In this document: in pieces, positions 29,806 through 41,469 of the stretch
How the letters are laid out: each line of letters opens with the position of its first letter
How positions within the stretch are numbered: position 1 is the stretch's first letter
Source of the DNA: Dehalococcoidia bacterium
GTDB taxonomy: Bacteria; Chloroflexota; Dehalococcoidia; Dehalococcoidales; RBG-16-60-22
Assembly: GCA_041489355.1 (NCBI GenBank)
Contig: JBGPRB010000001.1
Span: forward strand, 1-54,952
DNA length: 54,952 nt
Direction of reading: 5' to 3'
Program-made: the position numbers and the translations under genes
Notes under the pieces: generated by a model
What the model was told of the DNA's origin: nothing
What the model saw: the letters and a program-made list of their open reading frames with translations, nothing else
Databases searched by the model: none

Positions 29806-29962
29806 TTATATGGCCAGCAGGAAGGAACGAAAAGGTTACAGACAAATTAAAATGTAATCAGCCATAAAAATGGCAGAGAGATAACCGAATCACTTTTATA
29901 GCCTGTAAATTAATTGTATGTTCTTGTCTAAAGGGTCTGATAAAAAGCATTGAGGTGCAGGA

Positions 29963-30796
29963 TTGAGAATCAAACTGGGCAGCGGACTCTTACCATTAAA
30001 TATAGTTGTTGTCCTGCTGATAGTAATTTCTATTCTGGTCCCCATCAGCTATCTGCGTATCATTATTGGCTTACTCTATGTCCTCTTCTTCCCGGGTTAT
30101 GTCCTCACGCTGACTCTTTTCCCCAGAAATGGGGGCATAAGCGGTATTGAAAGGGTGGCACTCAGCTTCGGGTTGAGCATAGCTGCCGTGCCCGTTATCG
30201 GTCTTATCCTTAGCGCTACCCCGTGGGGGATTACCGTGGAGTCAATCCTGTATTCCACTGCCGCCTTCATATTCGTGGTATCCATCATCGCCCTAGTCAG
30301 GAGAAAGAGATTACAGGAAAAGGATAGATTCAACTGCGAGTTTCAACTGAGTCTGCTGCACCGGGGAGACAGTGCCTGGGATAAGGCGTTATCGGTAGTA
30401 TTACTTGTTGTCGTGCTGGGGGCAATAGGAACGCTGTGTTATGTTATCATAGCACCCAGGTCAGGGGAGAAATTTACCGAGTTCTATGTGCGGGCAACAA
30501 ACGGAGAAGAAACGAATTATCCGCAGGAGTTATATTTAGGGGAAACATACGACGTGACGATAGTTATTATCAACCACGAGCAGCAGGAGATGCCCTATCG
30601 CGTGGAGATACAGTCAGCGGGAACTGTAATCGGAGAACTGGGACCGGTAGTATTGAAGAATGAGCAGGCATGGGAGCAAGAGTTCGGATTCACGCCGTTA
30701 AGCTCAGGGGATAACCAGAAAGTAGAGTTTTTCCTGTATAAACAGGGGCAAACCGAGATTTATCGGACTCTTCACCTGAGGTTTGACGTCAAATAA
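29963..30796 (+). CDS. DUF1616-like membrane protein
   Basis: 277 aa, TTG start. N-terminal TM region with LRIIIGLLYVLFFPGYVLTLTLFP. C-terminal beta-rich domain (EKFTEFYV...NYPQELYLGETYDVTIVIINHEQQEMPYRVEI...QKVEFFLYKQG). Both match my recollection of the mostly archaeal DUF1616 family. Confidence 0.6.
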   Translation: MRIKLGSGLLPLNIVVVLLIVISILVPISYLRIIIGLLYVLFFPGYVLTLTLFPRNGGISGIERVALSFGLSIAAVPVIGLILSATPWGITVESILYSTAAFIFVVSIIALVRRKRLQEKDRFNCEFQLSLLHRGDSAWDKALSVVLLVVVLGAIGTLCYVIIAPRSGEKFTEFYVRATNGEETNYPQELYLGETYDVTIVIINHEQQEMPYRVEIQSAGTVIGELGPVVLKNEQAWEQEFGFTPLSSGDNQKVEFFLYKQGQTEIYRTLHLRFDVK

Positions 30797-30838
30797 CGCT
30801 GGCGCCTTCTTAACCTCCCCCCCAATTTTATAGCTTTT

Positions 30839-33166
30839 TCACCTTTTACTGAACAGCTTCCCCGGTACCCCGAGCCGTAGTAAAAGCACATCGTAGACGC
30901 GGCAACGCGCCTTGAGAATCTCAGCCTCCTCGAAGAGCCCCGGCTTCGCTTCCCGGCGGCCAAACCGGGTCTCCACATAAGCCTTCACGATATTATCCAC
31001 AGCCGTGGCCTCCTGCGGAAACACCGCACCCAAAGCGGCGGCAAATTCCAGGGGCGTCTGGTACGGCCGGGGACCCAGCTTGACCATCGAGGCGAGTTTA
31101 CACATATTGGTATACGTCCTGTATGCCAGTGCTGACCTGTCAACGTGCCACAGCCAGCGGTAAAAGGCTGACCTGAGTGCCAGAAGCGGTACCATTAAAA
31201 ATGCGATAATAATGGCGATGCTGAAAATAATGAGCAGGGTGCGCCCCAGTTCGTCCGCAAAAGGCAGGGGCCCCATCCTGAAATTTTTTTTCGCGGGCGT
31301 ACCAGCTGAAAAATCCACGTCCGGCATATAAAATATCCCGTAAGGCGGGTACGGCAGCCATACATCCCATTGCGGCAGACTTTCAATGGCACTTCCGGAC
31401 ACCCAGGGTGTCTTTATAGCGACCGGACTTTCCGTGCCGCTGGGTGTTGCCTCCAGGTCCACCCAGCCGTAGCCCGAGAAATAGACCTGCGGCCAGGTAT
31501 GATAGTGCTTGTCTCTTAGAATATATTGTCCCGCTTCTTCCCCCGGGTCGCCGGGGAGATAGCCAACGACAATTCTCGAGGGTACGTCAACGGAGCGAAG
31601 CATTACCGCCATGGCCGAGGCATAGTAGAGGCAAAAACCCGACTTCTGGTTAAACAGAAAGTATTTCACGCCGTCAGTCCCCTTGGGTGGAGCTTCAATC
31701 TCTTCTTGATAAGGAATCCGGGAAAGATAGTTATCTATAGCCATTACCTTGTCATAGGGTGTTTTTGCCTTCCCGGTTACATTTTCACTCAACTGCCTGA
31801 TATCCCCAGGAAAATCGGAAGGCAGCTGAAGATAAATAGCCTTAATAGACTCCGGATAATTTTCGCCAGCCCCGGATAAATCGCTCCCCGCTGCCGAAGA
31901 GATGAAGGACTTAACGGAGTAGTGCTCGCCGGGACTGAGGACGCGCGGCACAGTAACGGCCATAACATCATCCCCGCCGCTTACATGTATCAGAGCTGGT
32001 GTATCCGAAGATATAAAGCCACCTCCCGTAAGCAGGACATCCGTCTTCATTTCGGTGGTTACCGTGTACGTTATCATGTCCTGGTCTGAAAGTGCCTTGG
32101 TATCCATCCAGGGTACTTCTTGTCCCAGCAAATACTCATTGGTCGGACTGCTTTCCCACCCTTGAGAAGTATAGATGTCATATACACCTATTCGCCAGTA
32201 AGAGGGACGTTCGGACCTGACGATGAAATCTACCCGATTGCTCTGATGCCATTCCTTATTAAACGGCAGATCACGGCGTGTGCTGGTCGTGCTCAGAGCC
32301 TGCTTCGCCGGTATGGTGCCGAAGAGATTTAGTTTTGATTCCTCAATATCACGTTTCCAGAGCGTCCTGGTAGCTATCATCGTCTGGAGTTGGGGGACTC
32401 GCGCTTCCGGCGTTACCCAGGAAATGGTAACCGACAGTATGACAATGATAAGAAGTGAAGCTGCAAGATAGAGTAAACCCCGCCTGGTAAAACCCGTGCT
32501 GTGTCCCGTTAAATAATGCTGGCTGGCCATGCGTGTCTGGATAATGAGAAATATAGCCGCCAGAAAATAGAGACCGAAAAAGTAATAGTAACTGCCCGGG
32601 AGGTTGCTTAAATTTACCAGGATAACCACCGCGCCCAGAAAAACCGCCACCCAGGCATTACGTTTGCGCAGAATAAACCATGTCGAAATATAACCGATTA
32701 CCCAGGTCAGGAAGGTGATAAATACGGCGAATAATATCTTTTCCTCACCCGGTATTAACGTGACCTCCGGCGTCCACCACGACTGTAAAACATCCAGTAA
32801 ATGACGAAACTTTGATGTCGTTTCCGGCGGAGGCATCAAACTATATACCTGCCATATCGTCACGATAATGCCGGTGACCAGTGCCAGGATATGTTTTACA
32901 ATCCCGGGGAGTCGGCTCCTGATAAGCAACCAGACAATTAAAATCGAGAAAATAAGAACCAGCGTCAACAATGGCTGAGGTGTAATCCACCGGGCTTGCT
33001 CAATAGAAAGCACCGCAATCTCAAGAGCGATAAAGAGTAAAACTACATTTACCCACTCCTGCCACTTACCCAACCAGTAAATTATTCTTACTGGCAATAC
33101 TGACGGTTCTTTTGGCTCTCCTGCGCGGTCAGGCAACTTTTTCTGCTTTTCCATGTTATCAGCCAC
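30839..33166 (-). CDS. Transglutaminase-domain membrane protein (TgpA-like)
   Basis: 775 aa. N-terminal multi-TM region. Transglutaminase core GFCLYYASAMAVMLRSVDVPSRIVVGY (Cys), HYHTWPQVYF (His) and GWVDLEATP (Asp). C-terminal TM plus DUF4129-like tail. Confidence 0.8.
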   Translation of the reverse strand: MADNMEKQKKLPDRAGEPKEPSVLPVRIIYWLGKWQEWVNVVLLFIALEIAVLSIEQARWITPQPLLTLVLIFSILIVWLLIRSRLPGIVKHILALVTGIIVTIWQVYSLMPPPETTSKFRHLLDVLQSWWTPEVTLIPGEEKILFAVFITFLTWVIGYISTWFILRKRNAWVAVFLGAVVILVNLSNLPGSYYYFFGLYFLAAIFLIIQTRMASQHYLTGHSTGFTRRGLLYLAASLLIIVILSVTISWVTPEARVPQLQTMIATRTLWKRDIEESKLNLFGTIPAKQALSTTSTRRDLPFNKEWHQSNRVDFIVRSERPSYWRIGVYDIYTSQGWESSPTNEYLLGQEVPWMDTKALSDQDMITYTVTTEMKTDVLLTGGGFISSDTPALIHVSGGDDVMAVTVPRVLSPGEHYSVKSFISSAAGSDLSGAGENYPESIKAIYLQLPSDFPGDIRQLSENVTGKAKTPYDKVMAIDNYLSRIPYQEEIEAPPKGTDGVKYFLFNQKSGFCLYYASAMAVMLRSVDVPSRIVVGYLPGDPGEEAGQYILRDKHYHTWPQVYFSGYGWVDLEATPSGTESPVAIKTPWVSGSAIESLPQWDVWLPYPPYGIFYMPDVDFSAGTPAKKNFRMGPLPFADELGRTLLIIFSIAIIIAFLMVPLLALRSAFYRWLWHVDRSALAYRTYTNMCKLASMVKLGPRPYQTPLEFAAALGAVFPQEATAVDNIVKAYVETRFGRREAKPGLFEEAEILKARCRVYDVLLLRLGVPGKLFSKR

Positions 33167-33168
33167 TT

Positions 33169-34407
33169 CTATTTTTTATCTCCGGCGTACTGCATTGGCG
33201 AGGATAAAAACCGGCTGTCCAGAGCCCTGGATATCTCTACCCCACGCCTGACGATATAAGCAGTGATGCCGTTGGCAATAAGGCTGCGCGCCGTATCTAC
33301 CGCACCCGTTTTACCACCGAAGCTGATAGCATCGAGCAGGATGACTGTGACTATCGTGCCGCGATTCACGGTACGGCGTAGTGGCGCCACTATACCCCGG
33401 TTATCGGAGGACGTAACTACTACCAAGGCAGAGCCCGCATCAAAACGCTCCGCCTGGGACGCCAGTAAAGCATCAACAGGCAATTTTCCGGTCGCTTTTA
33501 TCATGGCCAGGGCCTGCATAATGTCCTTCAGGTGCTCGTCGCCGGTTTCGGGCAGGACAAGATAAGCCCGGTCGCCCGAGGCTATCAGCCCCACATTTTT
33601 ACCGCTTTCTATATATTTTTTAGCCAGAGAGGCGGCTATCGTGACACTGTATTCCTCGGTTGTCTCGTCGCCGTCCCCGAATTGACAGTCCCGATACATA
33701 TCCAGGACAATCCAGATATCCTTGAAAGTATAATTGTAACGGTCAGGTTCGAACTCCTTGACCATGAGATTACCGGTATGAGCTGTAGAGTGCCAGTGGA
33801 TATGCCGGAGGCTGTCGCCGCTGGCGTACTCACGCACACGAGAGGCGTTGGGGCCAACCTCGCTGGCTAACCAGTGGCGTGGACTCGACCCCGGTTCCTG
33901 GCGAGGCAGCGCCTGGAAAAAAGGCAGGTCCGGCGTCGCCGGGTAAATAGTGATGCCCTGGCTTTTACCAAATTGCCGATTCATAGAAAAGAACCCGAGA
34001 GGGTCGGAAATTTTAGCGGTAAGAGTGCCCAGACCATACCGCCCCCGGCGCTGACAGTAAATCTCGGTGCGCCAGCCATGAGAACCCTGTGGCGCCAGAT
34101 TAAAGGTCGCTACATTCCGGTAGCCGGGCAAATCGGTATCCTCCCGGGCTTCAATTAGAGGTGTGGGTATCCTGCCGTGATTGAAAAACGTAAATTCTTC
34201 TTCAAAACGTTCACCAACCTGGCAGTTTTCAGGCGATTTCTCCACCCGGCCATCAATGTTGCGGATGCTCAGGCGCAGCCACAGATAGCTCAATAAAAGC
34301 AAAATCACCAGGAAAATAAAGAGGTGCCAAAGAAGGGTAAACCCGCCGGCTAAAGCCAGCGCCAGTATGAGAATCAGGATGATAATGGGAAACCTTCGAA
34401 TCTTCAT
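33169..34407 (-). CDS. DUF58 (vWA-like) protein
   Basis: 412 aa. N-terminal TM pair, REYASGDSLRHIHWHSTAHTGNLMVKEFE motif typical of DUF58. Sits between moxR and the transglutaminase gene. Confidence 0.75.
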   Translation of the reverse strand: MKIRRFPIIILILILALALAGGFTLLWHLFIFLVILLLLSYLWLRLSIRNIDGRVEKSPENCQVGERFEEEFTFFNHGRIPTPLIEAREDTDLPGYRNVATFNLAPQGSHGWRTEIYCQRRGRYGLGTLTAKISDPLGFFSMNRQFGKSQGITIYPATPDLPFFQALPRQEPGSSPRHWLASEVGPNASRVREYASGDSLRHIHWHSTAHTGNLMVKEFEPDRYNYTFKDIWIVLDMYRDCQFGDGDETTEEYSVTIAASLAKKYIESGKNVGLIASGDRAYLVLPETGDEHLKDIMQALAMIKATGKLPVDALLASQAERFDAGSALVVVTSSDNRGIVAPLRRTVNRGTIVTVILLDAISFGGKTGAVDTARSLIANGITAYIVRRGVEISRALDSRFLSSPMQYAGDKK

Positions 34408-34455
34408 AAATTCCTGTCCGGAAAAGAGCGTGCCTTACTTATCAGCCCGGCTCTA

Positions 34456-35442
34456 TTAGTCGGGGACTGCCCCGGGCACGGGGACGGTTTCCAGTATCTC
34501 AGCGATAAAAGCACGGCCGTCCTTACCCTGTGACTGGCCCGTAGCCGATAATAACGACCGATGGGCCAGGGCGGGCACGGCCAGGGCTTTAACATCATCC
34601 GGTAAAACGTAGTCGCGCCCCAGCAACATGGCCCGGGCCTGGGCCGTGCGGAAAAGGGCCAGTGAGCCGCGGGGAGAAGCGCCGAGATATATCGACGGAT
34701 GATGGCGTGTCGCCTCCACCAGCGATACGATATACTGCTTCACCAGGTCGTCTATATAGATTTTCTTCACCGTTTCCTGGAGCATTAAAACATCGGAAGC
34801 ATCCACGACATGGCCAATTTGCTCGATGGGATGAATATACTGCTGCCTTTCCATGATGACCTTTTCCTCTGATAGAGATGGATAGCCTATGTTTATCCGC
34901 AATAGAAATCTGTCCAGCTGTGCCTCCGGGAGGGGGAAGGTGCCTTCGTATTCGATGGGATTCTGGGTGGCCAGAATATGGAAAGGCGAGGGCATTTTAT
35001 GAGTAACGCCGTCTACGGTAATTTGCCTCTCCTCCATAGCCTCCAGCAGGGCCGATTGGACCTTGGGCGTGGCCCGGTTGATTTCATCCGCCAGAACCAC
35101 CTGAGCCGCGATAGGCCCGGGGTGGAACTCGAAATCGCCCATTTTCTGATTATATATCGTGACACCGGTAATATCGCCCGGGAGCATATCGGGCGTGAAC
35201 TGGATTCGTTTGAAGCTGCAGTTTATGGACTTCGCCAGGCTGCGGGCGAGCATGGTCTTGCCGACACCCGGGGCATCCTCGATAAGCAGGTGCCCCTGAC
35301 TGATTAAAGCGATTACCGCCAGCCGCACCGCTTCCGTCTTGCCGACCATTACTTTCTCGACATTTTGTATTATCTTTTCAGCTATCTGCTTAGCCTTAGT
35401 GATGTTACTGTCCACTTTTTCCCTTCCCGATCCGGGGCTCAT
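34456..35442 (-). CDS. moxR: MoxR-family AAA+ ATPase
   Basis: 328 aa. Walker [10 protein letters not shown], Walker [46 protein letters not shown]. Confidence 0.9.
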   Translation of the reverse strand: MSPGSGREKVDSNITKAKQIAEKIIQNVEKVMVGKTEAVRLAVIALISQGHLLIEDAPGVGKTMLARSLAKSINCSFKRIQFTPDMLPGDITGVTIYNQKMGDFEFHPGPIAAQVVLADEINRATPKVQSALLEAMEERQITVDGVTHKMPSPFHILATQNPIEYEGTFPLPEAQLDRFLLRINIGYPSLSEEKVIMERQQYIHPIEQIGHVVDASDVLMLQETVKKIYIDDLVKQYIVSLVEATRHHPSIYLGASPRGSLALFRTAQARAMLLGRDYVLPDDVKALAVPALAHRSLLSATGQSQGKDGRAFIAEILETVPVPGAVPD

Positions 35443-35537
35443 AAAAAACTCACTTTATACACTCCCCTTGATTCGAGTATATCACACAGAAAAATCACAT
35501 ACAAAGATTCTGCAAAAACACACCGCACACTAATTAT

Positions 35538-35566
35538 TTGACAAAGTAATAACATAGATATAACAT
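35538..35566 (+). promoter_or_regulatory. Candidate sigma70-type promoter for the flavoprotein-ferredoxin pair
   Basis: TTGACA (35538-35543), 17-nt spacer, TAACAT (35561-35566), in an AT-rich divergent intergenic region. Strong SD GGAGGA lies before ATG 35629. Confidence 0.3.
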
Positions 35567-35628
35567 TCAATTCAGCAATCCCAAACACTCATTCTTAAAG
35601 CGCATTATTAGTAGGAGGAAATACATTT

Positions 35629-37629
35629 ATGAGTACCTGGCATGAATATGTTCAGCGCAATGGCAAGGTCCCCGAATGGCCATACCCTGTAAACTACGGC
35701 AAGGTGAATGAAGTCATTGCCGATGTCCTCATTATCGGCGGCGGCGTCGCCGGTTTACAGGCCGCCATCAATGCCGCCAGAAAAGGCGTGAAGGTCGCCG
35801 TCGCCGAGAGAGGCCACGCCAAGAGAAGCGGCTCCGGCGGGGCCGGCGTCGACCACTGGCACGGCGCCGTCACCAACCCCTGCTCCAAGGTCACCCCGGA
35901 GATGTACACCAATGCCTGTTACGATAGCATGCAGGGCTGGACCGGCGGTCATGTCCGCTACATCATCACCAAGGAAGGCTGGGATACCCTGCTCGAATGC
36001 GAAAAGATGGGCATCCAGATTCGAGATGTAAAAGACGAGTTCAAGGGTGCCCCCTTCCGCGATGAAGCGACCAAGCTGATGTTCGCCTACGACTATGCTA
36101 ACAAGCATATCATCCGCGTCTGGGGTTGGAACATCAAGCCCAAACTATACGAAGAGGCAAAGCGGCTGGGTGTGAATATCTACAACAGGACAATGCCTAC
36201 CTCCTTGCTCACCGCAGGTGGTAAACAGGGGGCAAGAGTCGTCGGTGCCACTGCTGTCAATACCCATACCGGTGAGTTCTATATCTTCCGGGCGAAAGCC
36301 ACTATTATCTGCACCGGTGGCGCCGGCCGTCTCTATGTTTTCGCGCCGGAAATAACCGCTTCGGGCACCATGGCCGATATGAACAGCTCCGGTGTCGGCC
36401 AGGCTCTAGGCTGGAATGCCGGTGCCGAGTTCGTCTGCATGGAAATGACCGGTCCCGGCGGCCTGATTGGCTTCGGCTACGCGCCCTACAGTACGGGTAA
36501 CGCCAGCAACACCTATCACGGCACGCCGATAGTCGATGCCGACGGCAAAGAGCTGCCGTGGGTTGATGTCTTCGGCCGGGAACTGAAAAAGTGGGAAGAC
36601 CGGTTCTATCCGCAGTCTGGCCAGCAATTCCAGCTGGGTATCGGGATAGGAATTTCCCGCACCAATCAGGAATTCCGCTTGAATGATATTCCCCCGGACG
36701 TAGTCGAAAGAATACGCAAGGGCGAGTTCAAGCTGCCTTTATACGCCGATTTTACCCGCTTTTCCGAGGAGGAACGCCGGTGCACCTTCGGGATGATGGT
36801 CGGCAATGAGGGTAAGACCCGTATCCCAATTTACGATACCATGACAAAAGCCGGCTTCGACCCCGATAAAGACCTGTTCCAGGCCCCGGTCATGCCCGTC
36901 GAGGGATATTTCAACGCCTGTTACTGGGCGGGCGGGCCCAACACACCACCGACAGTACGCGGCCTGGGAGGCGGCGGCTTTTTAACGGACTGGGATTTAA
37001 GGTCAAACCTGGAAGGACTCTACGCCGCCGCCGGCGGCACCATCTTCGGCGGGGGCTGCCATGGAGAATCGCACACCACCGGCCGGTACGCCGGCCGGCA
37101 TGCCGCCGACTACGCTAAAACAGCGCCCGAACCGGTAGCCGACCGCAATCAGATCGAAGCGGAGAAAGAACATGCTTACACCGCCACCAGGCAGAGCAAA
37201 GAGGGCAACGGCTGGAAAGAAATCAATGCCGCTATCGCCAGGATTATGCGGGACTATTGCGGCCGATATAAGAACGAGCTAACGCTCAATCTTGGCCTGC
37301 GACTGCTCAACGAACTCAAGACAACGGAACTAGCCGCAGCCTACGCCTCAAATCCGCACGAACTGGGACGCCTGCTGGAATGCCAGGCGCTTATTTCCGT
37401 GGGCGAGATGGTCATCAAGGCTTCACTGGAACGTAAAGCCAGCAACTCCATCCTTGATTTCCACCGGTTGGACTATCCCCAGATGGACCCGCCCGAGTGG
37501 AATAAACTGCTTCCCATCAAACAGGAAAATAATAAAGTCAAGGTCAGGGAGCTGCCGCTGGACTTCCATCTCAAGGCACCCTATGCCTCCAGTTATCAGG
37601 AAAACTATAAGAAACACTCCGGACAATAA
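35629..37629 (+). CDS. FAD-dependent oxidoreductase of the fumarate reductase/APS reductase alpha (AprA-like) superfamily
   Basis: 666 aa. Dinucleotide-binding DVLIIGGGVAGLQAA. Its length and the adjacent 2x[4Fe-4S] partner resemble AprA/AprB. Substrate cannot be assigned by eye. Confidence 0.6.
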   Translation: MSTWHEYVQRNGKVPEWPYPVNYGKVNEVIADVLIIGGGVAGLQAAINAARKGVKVAVAERGHAKRSGSGGAGVDHWHGAVTNPCSKVTPEMYTNACYDSMQGWTGGHVRYIITKEGWDTLLECEKMGIQIRDVKDEFKGAPFRDEATKLMFAYDYANKHIIRVWGWNIKPKLYEEAKRLGVNIYNRTMPTSLLTAGGKQGARVVGATAVNTHTGEFYIFRAKATIICTGGAGRLYVFAPEITASGTMADMNSSGVGQALGWNAGAEFVCMEMTGPGGLIGFGYAPYSTGNASNTYHGTPIVDADGKELPWVDVFGRELKKWEDRFYPQSGQQFQLGIGIGISRTNQEFRLNDIPPDVVERIRKGEFKLPLYADFTRFSEEERRCTFGMMVGNEGKTRIPIYDTMTKAGFDPDKDLFQAPVMPVEGYFNACYWAGGPNTPPTVRGLGGGGFLTDWDLRSNLEGLYAAAGGTIFGGGCHGESHTTGRYAGRHAADYAKTAPEPVADRNQIEAEKEHAYTATRQSKEGNGWKEINAAIARIMRDYCGRYKNELTLNLGLRLLNELKTTELAAAYASNPHELGRLLECQALISVGEMVIKASLERKASNSILDFHRLDYPQMDPPEWNKLLPIKQENNKVKVRELPLDFHLKAPYASSYQENYKKHSGQ

Positions 37630-37672
37630 ACCGGTATTATTAAAGCGAAATACTAAGGGAGATGTAACTAAA

Positions 37673-38020
37673 ATGAGCGATAAAGCGTATATGGTGCCTA
37701 ATCCACCCACGCCCAACAAGGCGGTAGAGTTCAATCCCGATATCTGCATCGGCTGCAACCTCTGCGTCGATGTCTGCCCTACCGATGTCATGATGCCCAA
37801 TCCGGAAAAGAAAAAACAGCCCATCGTCGTTTACCCGGAGGAATGCTGGTATTGCGGCGGCTGCGTTGAAGAGTGCCCCCGGCCGGGCGCTATCAAGATG
37901 CTCCACCCCACCCAGCAGCGCATATCCATGAACTGGAAGCGCAAGGATACCGGGGAATTGTTCCGCCTGGGCATGAAGAATCCGCCGCCACCCAACACCA
38001 GGCCGCCATCGGGGGGATAG
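37673..38020 (+). CDS. 2x[4Fe-4S] ferredoxin-type subunit (AprB-like)
   Basis: I start at ATG 37673 (MSDKAY), preceded by the SD AAGGGAG. The track start 37454 overlaps the flavoprotein gene. Two CxxCxxCxxxCP clusters: CIGCNLCVDVCP and CWYCGGCVEECP. Pro-rich C-terminal tail. Confidence 0.75.
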   Translation: MSDKAYMVPNPPTPNKAVEFNPDICIGCNLCVDVCPTDVMMPNPEKKKQPIVVYPEECWYCGGCVEECPRPGAIKMLHPTQQRISMNWKRKDTGELFRLGMKNPPPPNTRPPSGG

Positions 38021-38117
38021 ATGGGCCGGTCTATAGGTATATTTCGAGGTCGTCCGTGAACAATCGTGTGTATCTAAGTTAAAACTAAGTCACACGATGA
38101 GTTGCCAGTTCTGAGAG

Positions 38118-38160
38118 GGCTGGGAATTAATCATAATAGGATTCCCAGCCCCTTCTTTTC
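38118..38160 (+). terminator. Candidate intrinsic terminator downstream of the ferredoxin gene
   Basis: 10-bp stem ggctgggaat (38118-38127) / attcccagcc (38141-38150), followed by the pyrimidine/T-rich ccttcttttc. The 13-nt loop is large, so the call is tentative. Confidence 0.35.
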
Positions 38161-38163
38161 AGC

Positions 38164-38192
38164 TTTACTTCGTAGCTGAAAAATGCTATAAT
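38164..38192 (+). promoter_or_regulatory. Candidate extended -10 sigma70 promoter for gyrB
   Basis: TTTACT (38164-38169), 17-nt spacer ending in TGc, TATAAT (38187-38192). About 140 nt upstream of the gyrB ATG. Confidence 0.45.
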
Positions 38193-38287
38193 GAAAAAGG
38201 CTAAATGTACGTATTATCTGTTAACTGGCCAGCCTGTCATTTTATAGCCGCGGGCTATATAGGTGAGATTGTTCCCTCGAAGAATAA

Positions 38288-40747
<2,460 letters not shown>

Positions 40748-40753
40748 AAAATC

Positions 40754-41320
40754 TTACTTCCCTTGAATCAAAGAGAAGAACTCGGCGCGGCTGGCCGACT
40801 TGCTTCGGAAGGCTCCTCTGATGGCCGAGGTTATAACGTTGCTCCCCGGTTTTTTAATGCCCCGCATAGTCATGCAGAGGTGCTCCGCCTGTATGACCAC
40901 CGCCACCCCGGCCGGCTTAATCCCTTCGTCAATGGCATCGGCAATTTCTGTTGTCATGCGCTCCTGCACCTGAGGTCGGCGTGCGATTGTCTCCACCACC
41001 CTGGCCAGCTTGCTGATACCGACGATGCGCCCCTCGGCATTGGGAATATAGCCCACGTGGGCCACCCCGAAGAAAGGCAGCAGGTGGTGCTCGCACATGG
41101 AATAAAAAGGTATATCCTTCAGGACTACCATCTCGCGGTGACCCAGCTCAAAGCCAACCTCCAGGTCTTCCTTGGGGTCTTTATGGAGGCCCTGGAAAAG
41201 CTCGGTGTACATTTCCGCCACGCGCTGGGGTGTATCCCTGATGCCTTCACGGGAAGGGTCTTCCCCGATGGCCTTAATAATATCGAGTACCGCTTTTTTT
41301 ATCGTGGCCTCGTCAATCAT
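40754..41320 (-). CDS. folE: GTP cyclohydrolase I
   Basis: Start at ATG 41320, preceded by a perfect AAGGAGG SD (the track TTG 41356 adds 12 aa). Motifs: [33 protein letters not shown]. Confidence 0.9.
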   Translation of the reverse strand: MIDEATIKKAVLDIIKAIGEDPSREGIRDTPQRVAEMYTELFQGLHKDPKEDLEVGFELGHREMVVLKDIPFYSMCEHHLLPFFGVAHVGYIPNAEGRIVGISKLARVVETIARRPQVQERMTTEIADAIDEGIKPAGVAVVIQAEHLCMTMRGIKKPGSNVITSAIRGAFRSKSASRAEFFSLIQGK

Positions 41321-41363
41321 GCTCCGCCTCCTTGTTTTACCTGCCGCTATTAACAACCTTTAC

Positions 41364-41451
41364 TGTCATTGCGAGGAACGAAGTGACGTGGCAATCTCAA
41401 TCATCGGCTTAATTCGGTTTCAGGGATTGCCACGCTTCGCTCGCAATGACA
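41364..41451. repeat. Family A palindromic element, copy A1
   Basis: Left arm tgtcattgcgaggaacgaagtgacgtggcaatc (41364-41396). Right arm gattgccacgcttcgctcgcaatgaca (41425-41451) is its imperfect reverse complement. Lies between the thrC stop and the folE start. Confidence 0.9.
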
Positions 41452-41469
41452 AATCGGTCAAACCTTTTA

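Noticed and set aside
29950-30150. 66-aa ORF overlapping the DUF1616 gene start
   Set aside because: It is in a different frame from a longer ORF with family-like motifs, is Cys/Pro-rich and has no SD.
38063-38098. 8-bp inverted repeat (atcgtgtg/cacacgat) downstream of the ferredoxin gene as a regulatory element
   Set aside because: The stem is short with a 20-nt loop and no U-tract or recognisable motif. It cannot be told apart from chance in a 315-bp spacer.
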